Source: a bacterium
Lineage (GTDB): Bacteria > Eisenbacteria > RBG-16-71-46
DNA: 38,641 nt
Reading direction: 5' to 3'
Assembly (NCBI GenBank): GCA_043779265.1
Contig: JAYWEM010000105.1
Location: 1 to 38,641, forward strand
Shown here: positions 18,531 to 26,117 of the stretch, in pieces
How the letters are laid out: the number at the start of each line of letters is the position of its first letter
Position numbering within the stretch: position 1 is the stretch's first letter
Made by a program: the position numbers and the translations under genes
The notes under the pieces: generated by a model
Database searches by the model: none
Told to the model about the DNA's origin: nothing
What the model saw: the letters and a program-made list of their open reading frames with translations, nothing else

Positions 18531-20002
18531 TGGCGCAGCCCATCGCACTGAGCGGCGAGCTCGGCCCGATCGGGCTGTTCGACTTGAGCCAGTTGCTCAT
18601 CCTGAACGGCGCCTCCGGCGTGCTCAGCCTGAGCCACGGGCAGCGCCGTGCCTATCTCTACTTCGACCGGGGCCAACTCTCGAACGCAGTCGATGAGGAC
18701 CACCGAGAAGGTGAAGGCGCCGCCTATCGCATCTTCGCGTGGCGCGAGGGCCACTTCGAGTTCCGCCATGAGGTGGTGGCCGCCTCTCGCAGCATCAATG
18801 AGACGACCGAGAGCATCATGCTCGAGGCCGCGCGCCTGATCGATGAGTCCGGACTCAGTGAGCCGGGGGTCGGCGTCACCGAACGACTGACGAACCAACT
18901 CGGACGATTCGAGAGTCTGCGCCAGGTGTTCCACTCCGTCATGACCGAGGCGCAGGACGCCTCTGCGCTCGGCGACGACGGCACGCCGTTCTCGATCCTG
19001 AGAGAGAGCGGCGACGTGCTGCTCTATCGTGCCGGTGAGCCGCCTCGCGCCCGCACCGCGGGTCAGTGGCGAGCCCTTGCAGCGCAACCGCTCGACTCGG
19101 GGAGCTTCGAGCAATTGCGCTCGCGACTGCTCGATCCGGCGTGGCCTCCGGTCGACCCGCGCGGCGAGCGGCCGCAGATGCGCAGCGTGCAGGTCGATGG
19201 ACACGCGCTCGTCGTCACCCGGCTGCCCGGCCCGCCCGAGACGCTCTGGGTTCGTGCAGCCGGTCTCGCTCCGCCCGATGTCGAACGTTGGAGCGGTCAC
19301 TTGGACGCGCTGCCGGCGTTGATCCAGGCGGGCTCGGGACTCGTGCTGGTCGGAGCGCCCACTGCCACCGCGGCCGACGCGCTGCTGCATGGTCTGCTGG
19401 CGCGCCAACTCGCCGAGCGCGGCGGTCAGACCCTGTTGATCGCCGAGGCGCCGCGGTTCCGACACGCCGATGGGGCGGGCGCGCTGCTGCAGACTCCCGC
19501 ATCGAGCGCTGGCGAGATGCTCCGCCTCGCTCCGCCCGAGCGCGTCGCGCTCGAGTGCGCGAGCGCCGACGCGAGTCTCACCGCGTTGTCCTCGGCGCCG
19601 CTCGTGCTGTGCGCCGTGATCGCCGCGGATGCGGCCTCCGTGTTGACGCGTTGGCTCGCAAGCCATGGCAGGAGGCTCGGCGATGGGATCGAGGCCCTGC
19701 TGGCCAGTGCGCCGCTCGGTGTCGTGCACACGACGGCGAGCCGCGTGGCTCCCTCCGGCACATCGGTGATCGCGAGTTTCCTGCGATTCGAGGACGCGGC
19801 CCCCGAGATTGTCACCGACTCAGCCGCAGCGCCCGAGTCACCCGCAGCCGAGGAGGCCTCGGCCTCGCGGCGACGCGGACGTGCGGCAGTTCCCACGGCC
19901 CCCGTTACGCCTCTCGAGCCGCCGCGGGCAGCAGCCGCGAGCGACCCGATGCGGGCCCTTGCCGAGGAACTGACGCGGCAGCTCAAGCGGCCCGCCGCCT
20001 GA
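18530..20002 (+). CDS. DUF4388 (PatA_N-like) domain fused to a degenerate PilT-like ATPase fold
   Basis: N-terminus LSGELGPIGLFDLSQLL...SGVL...LYFDRGQL...GEGAAYRIFAWREGHFEF; the remainder aligns by eye, in order, to the adjacent PilT but lacks Walker A/B and His-box residues. ATG overlaps the pilT TGA. Confidence 0.75.
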   Translation: MAQPIALSGELGPIGLFDLSQLLILNGASGVLSLSHGQRRAYLYFDRGQLSNAVDEDHREGEGAAYRIFAWREGHFEFRHEVVAASRSINETTESIMLEAARLIDESGLSEPGVGVTERLTNQLGRFESLRQVFHSVMTEAQDASALGDDGTPFSILRESGDVLLYRAGEPPRARTAGQWRALAAQPLDSGSFEQLRSRLLDPAWPPVDPRGERPQMRSVQVDGHALVVTRLPGPPETLWVRAAGLAPPDVERWSGHLDALPALIQAGSGLVLVGAPTATAADALLHGLLARQLAERGGQTLLIAEAPRFRHADGAGALLQTPASSAGEMLRLAPPERVALECASADASLTALSSAPLVLCAVIAADAASVLTRWLASHGRRLGDGIEALLASAPLGVVHTTASRVAPSGTSVIASFLRFEDAAPEIVTDSAAAPESPAAEEASASRRRGRAAVPTAPVTPLEPPRAAAASDPMRALAEELTRQLKRPAA

Positions 20003-20021
20003 GCGACCGCGGTGAGGCGGG

Positions 20022-20396
20022 CTACTTGGCCGGAGCCGCGCTCGCCATTTCGATGCCCTTGACCAGACTCACGAGGTGGTCACGCATCGCGGGATCCTGC
20101 ACCGCGACTTGCACCACGTAGTCGAGCGCGTTGGAATTGGTGGCGATCCGCTCGAGCACCTGCTGCGAGACGGCATCGTTCTCGAGCATGCGATCGACGA
20201 CCGCCGTGCGCAGCGAGTCCGAGGACACGAGCCGGTCGACCATGCCGAGTGCCATCTCGCGCTTCCCCGCAATGACATCCATGATGCGGCCCGCGACCTG
20301 CGGATCCTTCACGACCTGCTGCGCCACATCGCCGAGGCAACCGGTGGTGAGCAGCGAGACGACGGCGATGAGCGAGAGCCGAGCGACGAGTCGCAT
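20022..20396 (-). CDS. Hypothetical helical lipoprotein
   Basis: RBS GGAG; lipobox-like LTTGC; amphipathic helical sequence; directly downstream of the amidase. Confidence 0.7.
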   Translation of the reverse strand: MRLVARLSLIAVVSLLTTGCLGDVAQQVVKDPQVAGRIMDVIAGKREMALGMVDRLVSSDSLRTAVVDRMLENDAVSQQVLERIATNSNALDYVVQVAVQDPAMRDHLVSLVKGIEMASAAPAK

Positions 20397-20417
20397 GGGA
20401 TTCTCCATCCGTGAGGT

Positions 20418-21824
20418 TCAGACGCCTGGGGGTCGGCGTGTGTGGTGGTCGGTACGACTCTGATAGAGGGCGCCCAGTTCGACCAGGCGGCGCTCTTCGA
20501 AGGCAGGTGCGAGGAAGCTGATCGACGTCGGGAGGTTGTTCTCACCGAAGCCGTTCGGCAGCGCCAGCGCGGGCAGCCCCGTGAGATTACCCGCCGGGAT
20601 CACGGCTGGCCCGCCCGAGATACCGGGATAGGCCTTCTGGAACTCGACGTCTACCGGATACGCGACGGTGGCGCGCGTCGGCGTCGCGATCACATCGAAT
20701 TTGGCGAACAGCTCCTTCATCGCAGCCCGCATCGGACGACGCGCGCGCATCGCCTGCAGATAATCGACGGCCGGCGTGAGCAACGCCGAGTAGCCGCCGG
20801 TGCGATCGGCCGGGCACTTCAACTGCGAGGCCTTGCCCGACTCGAGCAGATCGAGGAACGCGGCAGCGCCCTCACAGCCGACGATGGTGCCGACCGACGG
20901 ACCCCACGGCAGATCGGGCCATGGCACGTCCCGCGTCACCCGGATGTCCGCACCGAGGGCGACGATCGACTGCTCGAAGTTGTCGCGAACCGCCGACTGC
21001 ACCTTCTCGAGGCAGCCCGCGGGGATCCCGACTCGAAGCGGTGCCTTGAGTCCTGCCGGGCCCTTGTACCGAAACGCCCTCCCGACGCAGGAGTCATCGG
21101 CCGGATCCGGGCCCGCGAGCGCCGCCAGCATGAGGCCGCAGTCATCCGCCGAGCGGCCCATGGGTCCCAACTTGTCGAGCGTCCACGACAGCGCCATCGC
21201 GCCGTGGCGTGAGACGAGGCCATAGGTCGGGCGCAGCCCGGTCACGCCACAGAATGCCGCGGGCGTCACGATCGACCCCGAGGTCTCCGATCCGATCGCG
21301 AACGGCACGAGCCCGGCCGCCACGGCGGCGCCCGGCCCGCTCGAGGATCCGCCGCTCCAGTAGCGCGTGTCCCACGGGCACAGTCCCGGTCCGCTGAACG
21401 AGGCATCGGCGTGGTTGTAGCCCATCCCTCCCGCCAGTTCGACCATGGCGAGCTTGGCGACGAGGATCGCGCCCGCCTCGCGCATGCGCGTGACCGCGGT
21501 CGCATCGAAGTCGAACACCTGGTCTCGGTAGGGCTCGGCGCCCCAGGTGGTGGGCACACCCTTGGTCGCCATCAGATCCTTGGCGCCGTAGGGGATGCCG
21601 TGCAGCGGGCCGCGGTAGCGACCGGCGCGGATCTCGGCATCGGCCGTGCGGGCCTCGGCGCGCGCCGAGTCCCCCATCACGGTCACGACCGCGTTGTAGC
21701 GGGAACCCAGCGTGCCGAGGCGCGCGAGACTCGCCTCGACGAGAGTGATAGGCGAGAGCTTCTTGGTGCGCACGTCCTCGGCGAGTTGCGAGACCGGCGT
21801 GAACATCAGATCGCGATCGTCCAT
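20418..21824 (-). CDS. Amidase-signature family enzyme (GatA-like fold)
   Basis: GPLHGIPYGAKD (Lys), GGSSSGPGAAVAAG, IGSETSGSIVTPAAFCGVTGLRPTYG; intact Ser-cisSer-Lys triad; no signal peptide. Confidence 0.93.
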   Translation of the reverse strand: MDDRDLMFTPVSQLAEDVRTKKLSPITLVEASLARLGTLGSRYNAVVTVMGDSARAEARTADAEIRAGRYRGPLHGIPYGAKDLMATKGVPTTWGAEPYRDQVFDFDATAVTRMREAGAILVAKLAMVELAGGMGYNHADASFSGPGLCPWDTRYWSGGSSSGPGAAVAAGLVPFAIGSETSGSIVTPAAFCGVTGLRPTYGLVSRHGAMALSWTLDKLGPMGRSADDCGLMLAALAGPDPADDSCVGRAFRYKGPAGLKAPLRVGIPAGCLEKVQSAVRDNFEQSIVALGADIRVTRDVPWPDLPWGPSVGTIVGCEGAAAFLDLLESGKASQLKCPADRTGGYSALLTPAVDYLQAMRARRPMRAAMKELFAKFDVIATPTRATVAYPVDVEFQKAYPGISGGPAVIPAGNLTGLPALALPNGFGENNLPTSISFLAPAFEERRLVELGALYQSRTDHHTRRPPGV

Positions 21825-21831
21825 GTCCCCC

Positions 21832-22179
21832 TCAGACCCGGAAGGTGGAGTCGGGTTCGTCGGAATTCTTCATCGCGAACGCGCGCAGTCGTCGCCCGAC
21901 ACCGAGATCACCCTCGAAGTCGCGCGCCACCGCCTCCCACTGTTCGGGCGTCAACCGACCCTCGAGTCGCCGTTGCAGGATCGCGGTGAGCGCCCACGCA
22001 TCCTCGGAGGGCGGGGCGGGCGTCGTGGCTGCCGCGGGCGCCGGTGTGGCGGACGGTGCGGGTGTCGGCGTCTGTGCGAAGGAGGCGGCGGGCGCGAGCG
22101 CTGCGGCTGCAGCGGCTCCCGCGACCTGCCGAAGGAAGACACGGCGATCGATCGATCGGGGAGATCTCGGCTCGGACAT
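21832..22179 (-). CDS. Small Tat-signal protein; putative amidase partner subunit
   Basis: RBS GGAGG; DRRVFLR twin-arginine motif, hydrophobic stretch, SFA-Q cleavage site, Pro/Ala linker; C-terminus RRLRAFAMKNSDEPDSTF; 7 nt before the amidase start. Confidence 0.72.
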   Translation of the reverse strand: MSEPRSPRSIDRRVFLRQVAGAAAAAALAPAASFAQTPTPAPSATPAPAAATTPAPPSEDAWALTAILQRRLEGRLTPEQWEAVARDFEGDLGVGRRLRAFAMKNSDEPDSTFRV

Positions 22180-22290
22180 GCGATCCTCCATCGAAGTGGG
22201 ATTGCGCGGCGGGCGCGAGCGTAGGCGGAGGCGAACCCTCATGCAATGACGCAGCACACCGAGCGACGCAGTGGGTCGATGGCTCGCCGC

Positions 22291-23070
22291 TCAACCTCCG
22301 GCCGAGTGGACCCCCCAGTGCGCCAACGCATCACTCGTGCGCTCGATACCGCCGATCATCACCTCCGTCGCGCCGCACCGCTCTCCTTCACGCAACACGG
22401 CGGTGAAGGATCCGAGCGCCAGCACCGTGTCGCCCGCGCCATCCACGCGAGGGGTGACGCCGAACAGATCGGCCCACGCCATCGCCGCAAGCGGCACGCT
22501 CGCCACCGCCATCACCGCACCTGCGATCCCCGTGGCGCCATTGGCGTGGGCGACGGCGGACTCATCCGAGGGCACTCGAAGTGGGCGCGGCGTGTCGTCC
22601 TCGATCATGAACGGCAGCGAAGGGGCTTCCGGGATCAGCATCTGCCAGGCCAGCGACACGCCGTCTCGGCGCGTGCGCTGCATCGGAGTCGGACCGGTCA
22701 GGACGTGGCCCCGGCGGCGTGCCTCGCGGGCCAGTCGCGCGAGCGGAGCCCCATGCAGCGCGAGATCGCAGACACCATCGGGCAGCGCGAGCAGCGGCAG
22801 GAAGCGTCGCCCGAGGGCGGTGGCCTCCTGAAGCCGGGCACTCCACTCGTCACCTGCCGCGAGCTGGCGGAGGTGAGGACGCGCCTCGGGATCGCGCGTC
22901 GTCAGCAACTCGAGGTAGGTGCCGTCGGCGAATGCCACCAGGGCGTTCTCGGTGCTCAACTCCTGATGCCGACCTCCCGGCGACACGGTGAATCCATCCG
23001 CCTCGAATCGTTCGATGCCCTCGGCCAGTGAGGGCACGACGAGGACGACATGATCGAGCGTGATCGGCAT
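22291..23070 (-). CDS. VOC / Glyoxalase_3-family protein
   Basis: LDHVVLVVPSL, GFTVSPGGRH, TENALVAFADGTYLELL, LPFMIED, HANGATGI. Confidence 0.85.
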   Translation of the reverse strand: MPITLDHVVLVVPSLAEGIERFEADGFTVSPGGRHQELSTENALVAFADGTYLELLTTRDPEARPHLRQLAAGDEWSARLQEATALGRRFLPLLALPDGVCDLALHGAPLARLAREARRRGHVLTGPTPMQRTRRDGVSLAWQMLIPEAPSLPFMIEDDTPRPLRVPSDESAVAHANGATGIAGAVMAVASVPLAAMAWADLFGVTPRVDGAGDTVLALGSFTAVLREGERCGATEVMIGGIERTSDALAHWGVHSAGG

Positions 23071-23254
23071 GCGGCCAGTCTAGCGCTCGGCGTGGGTGCC
23101 GCGCACAGGCATGCTTCCGGTGCACGCTCATCGTGACGCGGGCCGAGGGCTTCATGGTTCGGGCGGGCGGCGAGAAGCTGGCGGCCGCGCTCTCGGGCTG
23201 ACGACGCCACTTCGCTTGCCGTGACCGCCCACTCGACCCAGACTGGCCGCATGC
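23067..23254. repeat. 15-bp perfect inverted repeat bracketing the divergent VOC/SPFH intergenic region
   Basis: gcatgcggccagtct (23067-23081) is the reverse complement of agactggccgcatgc (23240-23254). Confidence 0.75.
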
Positions 23255-23301
23255 GTCACCCCAGCGCCTGTGATCCGGGCGCGCCCATCCGGAGGTCCAT
23301 C

Positions 23302-24084
23302 ATGCGACGACTGCTCGCGCTGCTCTGCTTCGCCCTGACGGCCGCCGGATGCGCCGCCGTCCCCACCCAGCATGTCGGCGTGGTCGAGGTGTTCGGCGCT
23401 GTGCAGAAGGACACGTGGGCTCCCGGCCTGCACGCGTGGATGCCGTGGCAGGGAGTCCATCGCATCAACTGCCGCACCCAGTCGATCGAGGAGAAGACCG
23501 AGACGCCGACCGGCGAGGGACTCGTGATCGGCCTCGATGTGAGTATCGTCTTCCATGTGAAGGCCGAATTCGCCAAGGAGGTCTTCTCACGCTACGGCGG
23601 CGTCAGCGGGGTGGTCGGGAACGTGCTGATCCCCGAGTTCCGCTCCACCATCCGCGACGTGACGGCCGGCTTCACCGCCGCCGACCTCTACTCCGAGCGG
23701 CGCAACGAGGTGACCACCAAGATGTCGGGCGAGCTGCGCAAACGCATGGATGCAAGAGGCATCGAAGTGGAGGCGGTGCTGCTGCGCGGACTCTCGCTGC
23801 CCGACCAGGTCGCCAACGCGGTGCAGGCCAAGCTGGCAGCGGATCAGCAGGCGCAGCAGATGGAGTTCGTGCTGAAGAAGGAACTCCGCGAGGCCGAGCG
23901 CAAGCGCATCGAGGCGCAGGGCGTCGCCGACTACCAGCGCATCGTCAGCTCGGGGCTCACCGAATCGCTGCTGCGCTGGAAGGGCATCGAGGCGACCGCA
24001 GAGCTGGCCAAGTCGCCGAACGCCAAGGTGGTCGTGGTCGGGGCCGGCAAGGACGGACTGCCACTCATCCTCGGCGGTCAGTGA
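23302..24084 (+). CDS. SPFH / prohibitin (band 7) family protein, probable lipoprotein
   Basis: RBS GGAGG; AAGC lipobox-like; VPTQHVGVV, RSTIRDV, AERKRIEAQG, LRWKGIEAT, PNAKVVVVG, LPLIL. Confidence 0.9.
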   Translation: MRRLLALLCFALTAAGCAAVPTQHVGVVEVFGAVQKDTWAPGLHAWMPWQGVHRINCRTQSIEEKTETPTGEGLVIGLDVSIVFHVKAEFAKEVFSRYGGVSGVVGNVLIPEFRSTIRDVTAGFTAADLYSERRNEVTTKMSGELRKRMDARGIEVEAVLLRGLSLPDQVANAVQAKLAADQQAQQMEFVLKKELREAERKRIEAQGVADYQRIVSSGLTESLLRWKGIEATAELAKSPNAKVVVVGAGKDGLPLILGGQ

Positions 24085-24109
24085 TCCCCGGCTCGAGCCA
24101 AGGCCCCAT

Positions 24110-24478
24110 CTAGAGTCGGTCGAGGTCGCGGCGCGTCCGCGAGTCGCTCGCATCCCCGGTGTTGAGCGTACTCGCGGGCTCGAACAGCAGGACGTGCACT
24201 TCCTCGTCGGCCACGGGGCGATGCTCGACCCCTCGCGGCACGATCAGGAACTCGCCCTCTCCCAGCTCGACCGTGCGATCGCGGAACTCCATGCGGAAAC
24301 GGCCGTTCACGACGAGGAACAGTTCATCCTCATCGGCGTGCTGGTGCCAGACGAACTCGCCCTGGAACTTGGCGAGTCGGATCTGCTGACCATTGAGTTC
24401 GCCCGCGATGCGCGGGTTCCAGTGGTCGGTGAAACGGGCGAACGCCTCTCGCAGCGAGACTTTGTCGGGCGCGCTCAT
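24110..24478 (-). CDS. Cupin-domain protein
   Basis: FVWHQHADEDELF and VPRGVEHRP metal-binding motifs; ATGA overlap with the upstream GNAT. Confidence 0.9.
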   Translation of the reverse strand: MSAPDKVSLREAFARFTDHWNPRIAGELNGQQIRLAKFQGEFVWHQHADEDELFLVVNGRFRMEFRDRTVELGEGEFLIVPRGVEHRPVADEEVHVLLFEPASTLNTGDASDSRTRRDLDRL

Positions 24479-25083
24479 GGCAGCCTCACGGCGCCGCCAC
24501 CCGGCTCCGAGATGATCGAGCGTGCCCGATCGCTGGACGCGAAGTCGCGCCAATCGATGGGCATGTCGCAGGGCTGCTCGTCGCCGGAGGAGAGCGCCCG
24601 CTCGTACCAGCGCACGTCATGCCATCGACCGAATTTGTATCCGATGTGCGCGTAGGTGCCGACGACGCGGAACCCCATGGCGAGATGCAGCCCTTCGCTC
24701 GCCTCATTGGGCAGCGACACGCCGCCATAGGCGCGCGTGTAGCCCTGAGCCGTGAGCAGTTGGAGGAGCGCGTCGTAGAGCGCACGTCCTCGCCCCGCCC
24801 GAGGCGACGCCGATCGCGAGGAATACACCGCGACATCCGCTGCCCATCGGTACGCGGCACGCGCGCGATGCGTGGTCGCGCAAGCGTAGGCCTCGACGCC
24901 GCCCGCGCCCTCGAGAGCGAGCCAAGGGTGCAGATGGATTCCCGAGTTCATGCGTTCGTACATGACCGCGGGAGTCGGCGGGACCTCCTCGAAGGAGATC
25001 GCGGTCTCCGCCACGTACGGGGCGTAGATGGCCGCGATGGCCGCCGCATCATCGAGACGAGCGACTCGCAGATGGAATGCCAT
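24475..25083 (-). CDS. GNAT phosphinothricin/methionine-sulfoximine N-acetyltransferase-like protein
   Basis: IAAIYAPYV..TAISFE..P, RAAYRW, GRGRALY, LPNEASEGLH..GF, GYKFGRWHDV. Confidence 0.88.
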   Translation of the reverse strand: MAFHLRVARLDDAAAIAAIYAPYVAETAISFEEVPPTPAVMYERMNSGIHLHPWLALEGAGGVEAYACATTHRARAAYRWAADVAVYSSRSASPRAGRGRALYDALLQLLTAQGYTRAYGGVSLPNEASEGLHLAMGFRVVGTYAHIGYKFGRWHDVRWYERALSSGDEQPCDMPIDWRDFASSDRARSIISEPGGGAVRLP

Positions 25084-25115
25084 GTCCGTCAACCTAGCAG
25101 ATGCCGCTCATCAAG

Positions 25116-25149
25116 CGAGCCGGGACCCCCGTGAAGGGGTCCCGGCTCG
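25116..25149 (-). terminator. Hairpin after the Cys-rich secreted protein gene
   Basis: 14-bp stem cgagccgggacccc / ggggtcccggctcg, 20 nt after the stop. Confidence 0.6.
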
Positions 25150-25169
25150 ATGAATCGATGTGACTTGGA

Positions 25170-25919
25170 TCAGCTGCCGTACATGATGCGCAGCTGACCC
25201 CAGCTCTTCGGCAGCGTCGGCACGACCGAGCAGCAATTGACGTCCGCGGTGACGATGAAGTTGCCGGGAGGCGCCACGCTGCACCACTCGTCGTTGCCAC
25301 CCGGGTAGATGTTGTACTGCTGGCACGGGTTGCAGCTCGCGGTGGTGATCAGGCGCGGGATGGTGGCGCTGGTGGCGCAACCGGTGGCGTTGGCCAAGAA
25401 CGTGATCTCGATGAACGCGTCGCCCGCGACACAGGTTCCGACCGGCAGCGGCATCGAGAAGTTCCAATTGCCGATGGCCGCGGGGGTGAGGTTGTAGATG
25501 AGCGGCGCGCTCAGGAGCGTCGTGGGATCCGGCACCCGGCAGCCGGGAGGTCCAGTCGCCGCCACGATCGCAATGCGGACCGGGAATGCGCACACGGCGC
25601 GATAGTTGAGGAGGATGTTGGCTGAGAGCACCTCGATGCCTCCCGGACCCGTGCACGCGGTGCAATCGGAGCTGCTGATGCGCGTGTAGTACGCATCGTT
25701 CGGGGGCAGCAGGTAGTTGAACAGGAACGCCGGCGCACCGGTCACGCCGATCGTGCAGGCGGCCTGGACGCTCTCGGCGCCGAGCACGTTGAGGCGCTGG
25801 ATCGACTCGGGTTGAATGGGCTCCATCTCACCGAACGGCTTGGGACCGGCCAGCGCAGAGCTGGCGGCGAGAACGCTCGTGAGGCAGAAGGCGAGAATGA
25901 GTGCGTAGCGAGGGCGCAT
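25170..25919 (-). CDS. Secreted Cys-rich hypothetical protein with C-terminal SWGQLRIMY motif
   Basis: Signal peptide ending ALA-G; 12 Cys in the mature part; ends VVPTLPKSWGQLRIMYGS. Confidence 0.8.
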   Translation of the reverse strand: MRPRYALILAFCLTSVLAASSALAGPKPFGEMEPIQPESIQRLNVLGAESVQAACTIGVTGAPAFLFNYLLPPNDAYYTRISSSDCTACTGPGGIEVLSANILLNYRAVCAFPVRIAIVAATGPPGCRVPDPTTLLSAPLIYNLTPAAIGNWNFSMPLPVGTCVAGDAFIEITFLANATGCATSATIPRLITTASCNPCQQYNIYPGGNDEWCSVAPPGNFIVTADVNCCSVVPTLPKSWGQLRIMYGS

Positions 25920-26117
25920 GGGGAGTCCTTTGTGAGATGAGGCCGATCGGGTCGGCTGCTGGGACGTCGTGGCTCCACGGCTGGGGGTGACCAGCACAGG
26001 TCACCCTGAGCATGAACGTTGGCAGGGGGGTCCGACAACGGGAATCTCGGGGTTTTCCGGGATTCGGCGGTCTGGAGCCTTCCAGGGCCGCGCCCGGCAG
26101 GCTAACCTGCGCATCTG

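Noticed and set aside
20418..21824. gatA of the tRNA-dependent amidotransferase
   Set aside because: No gatB is adjacent, and the upstream partner carries a Tat signal.
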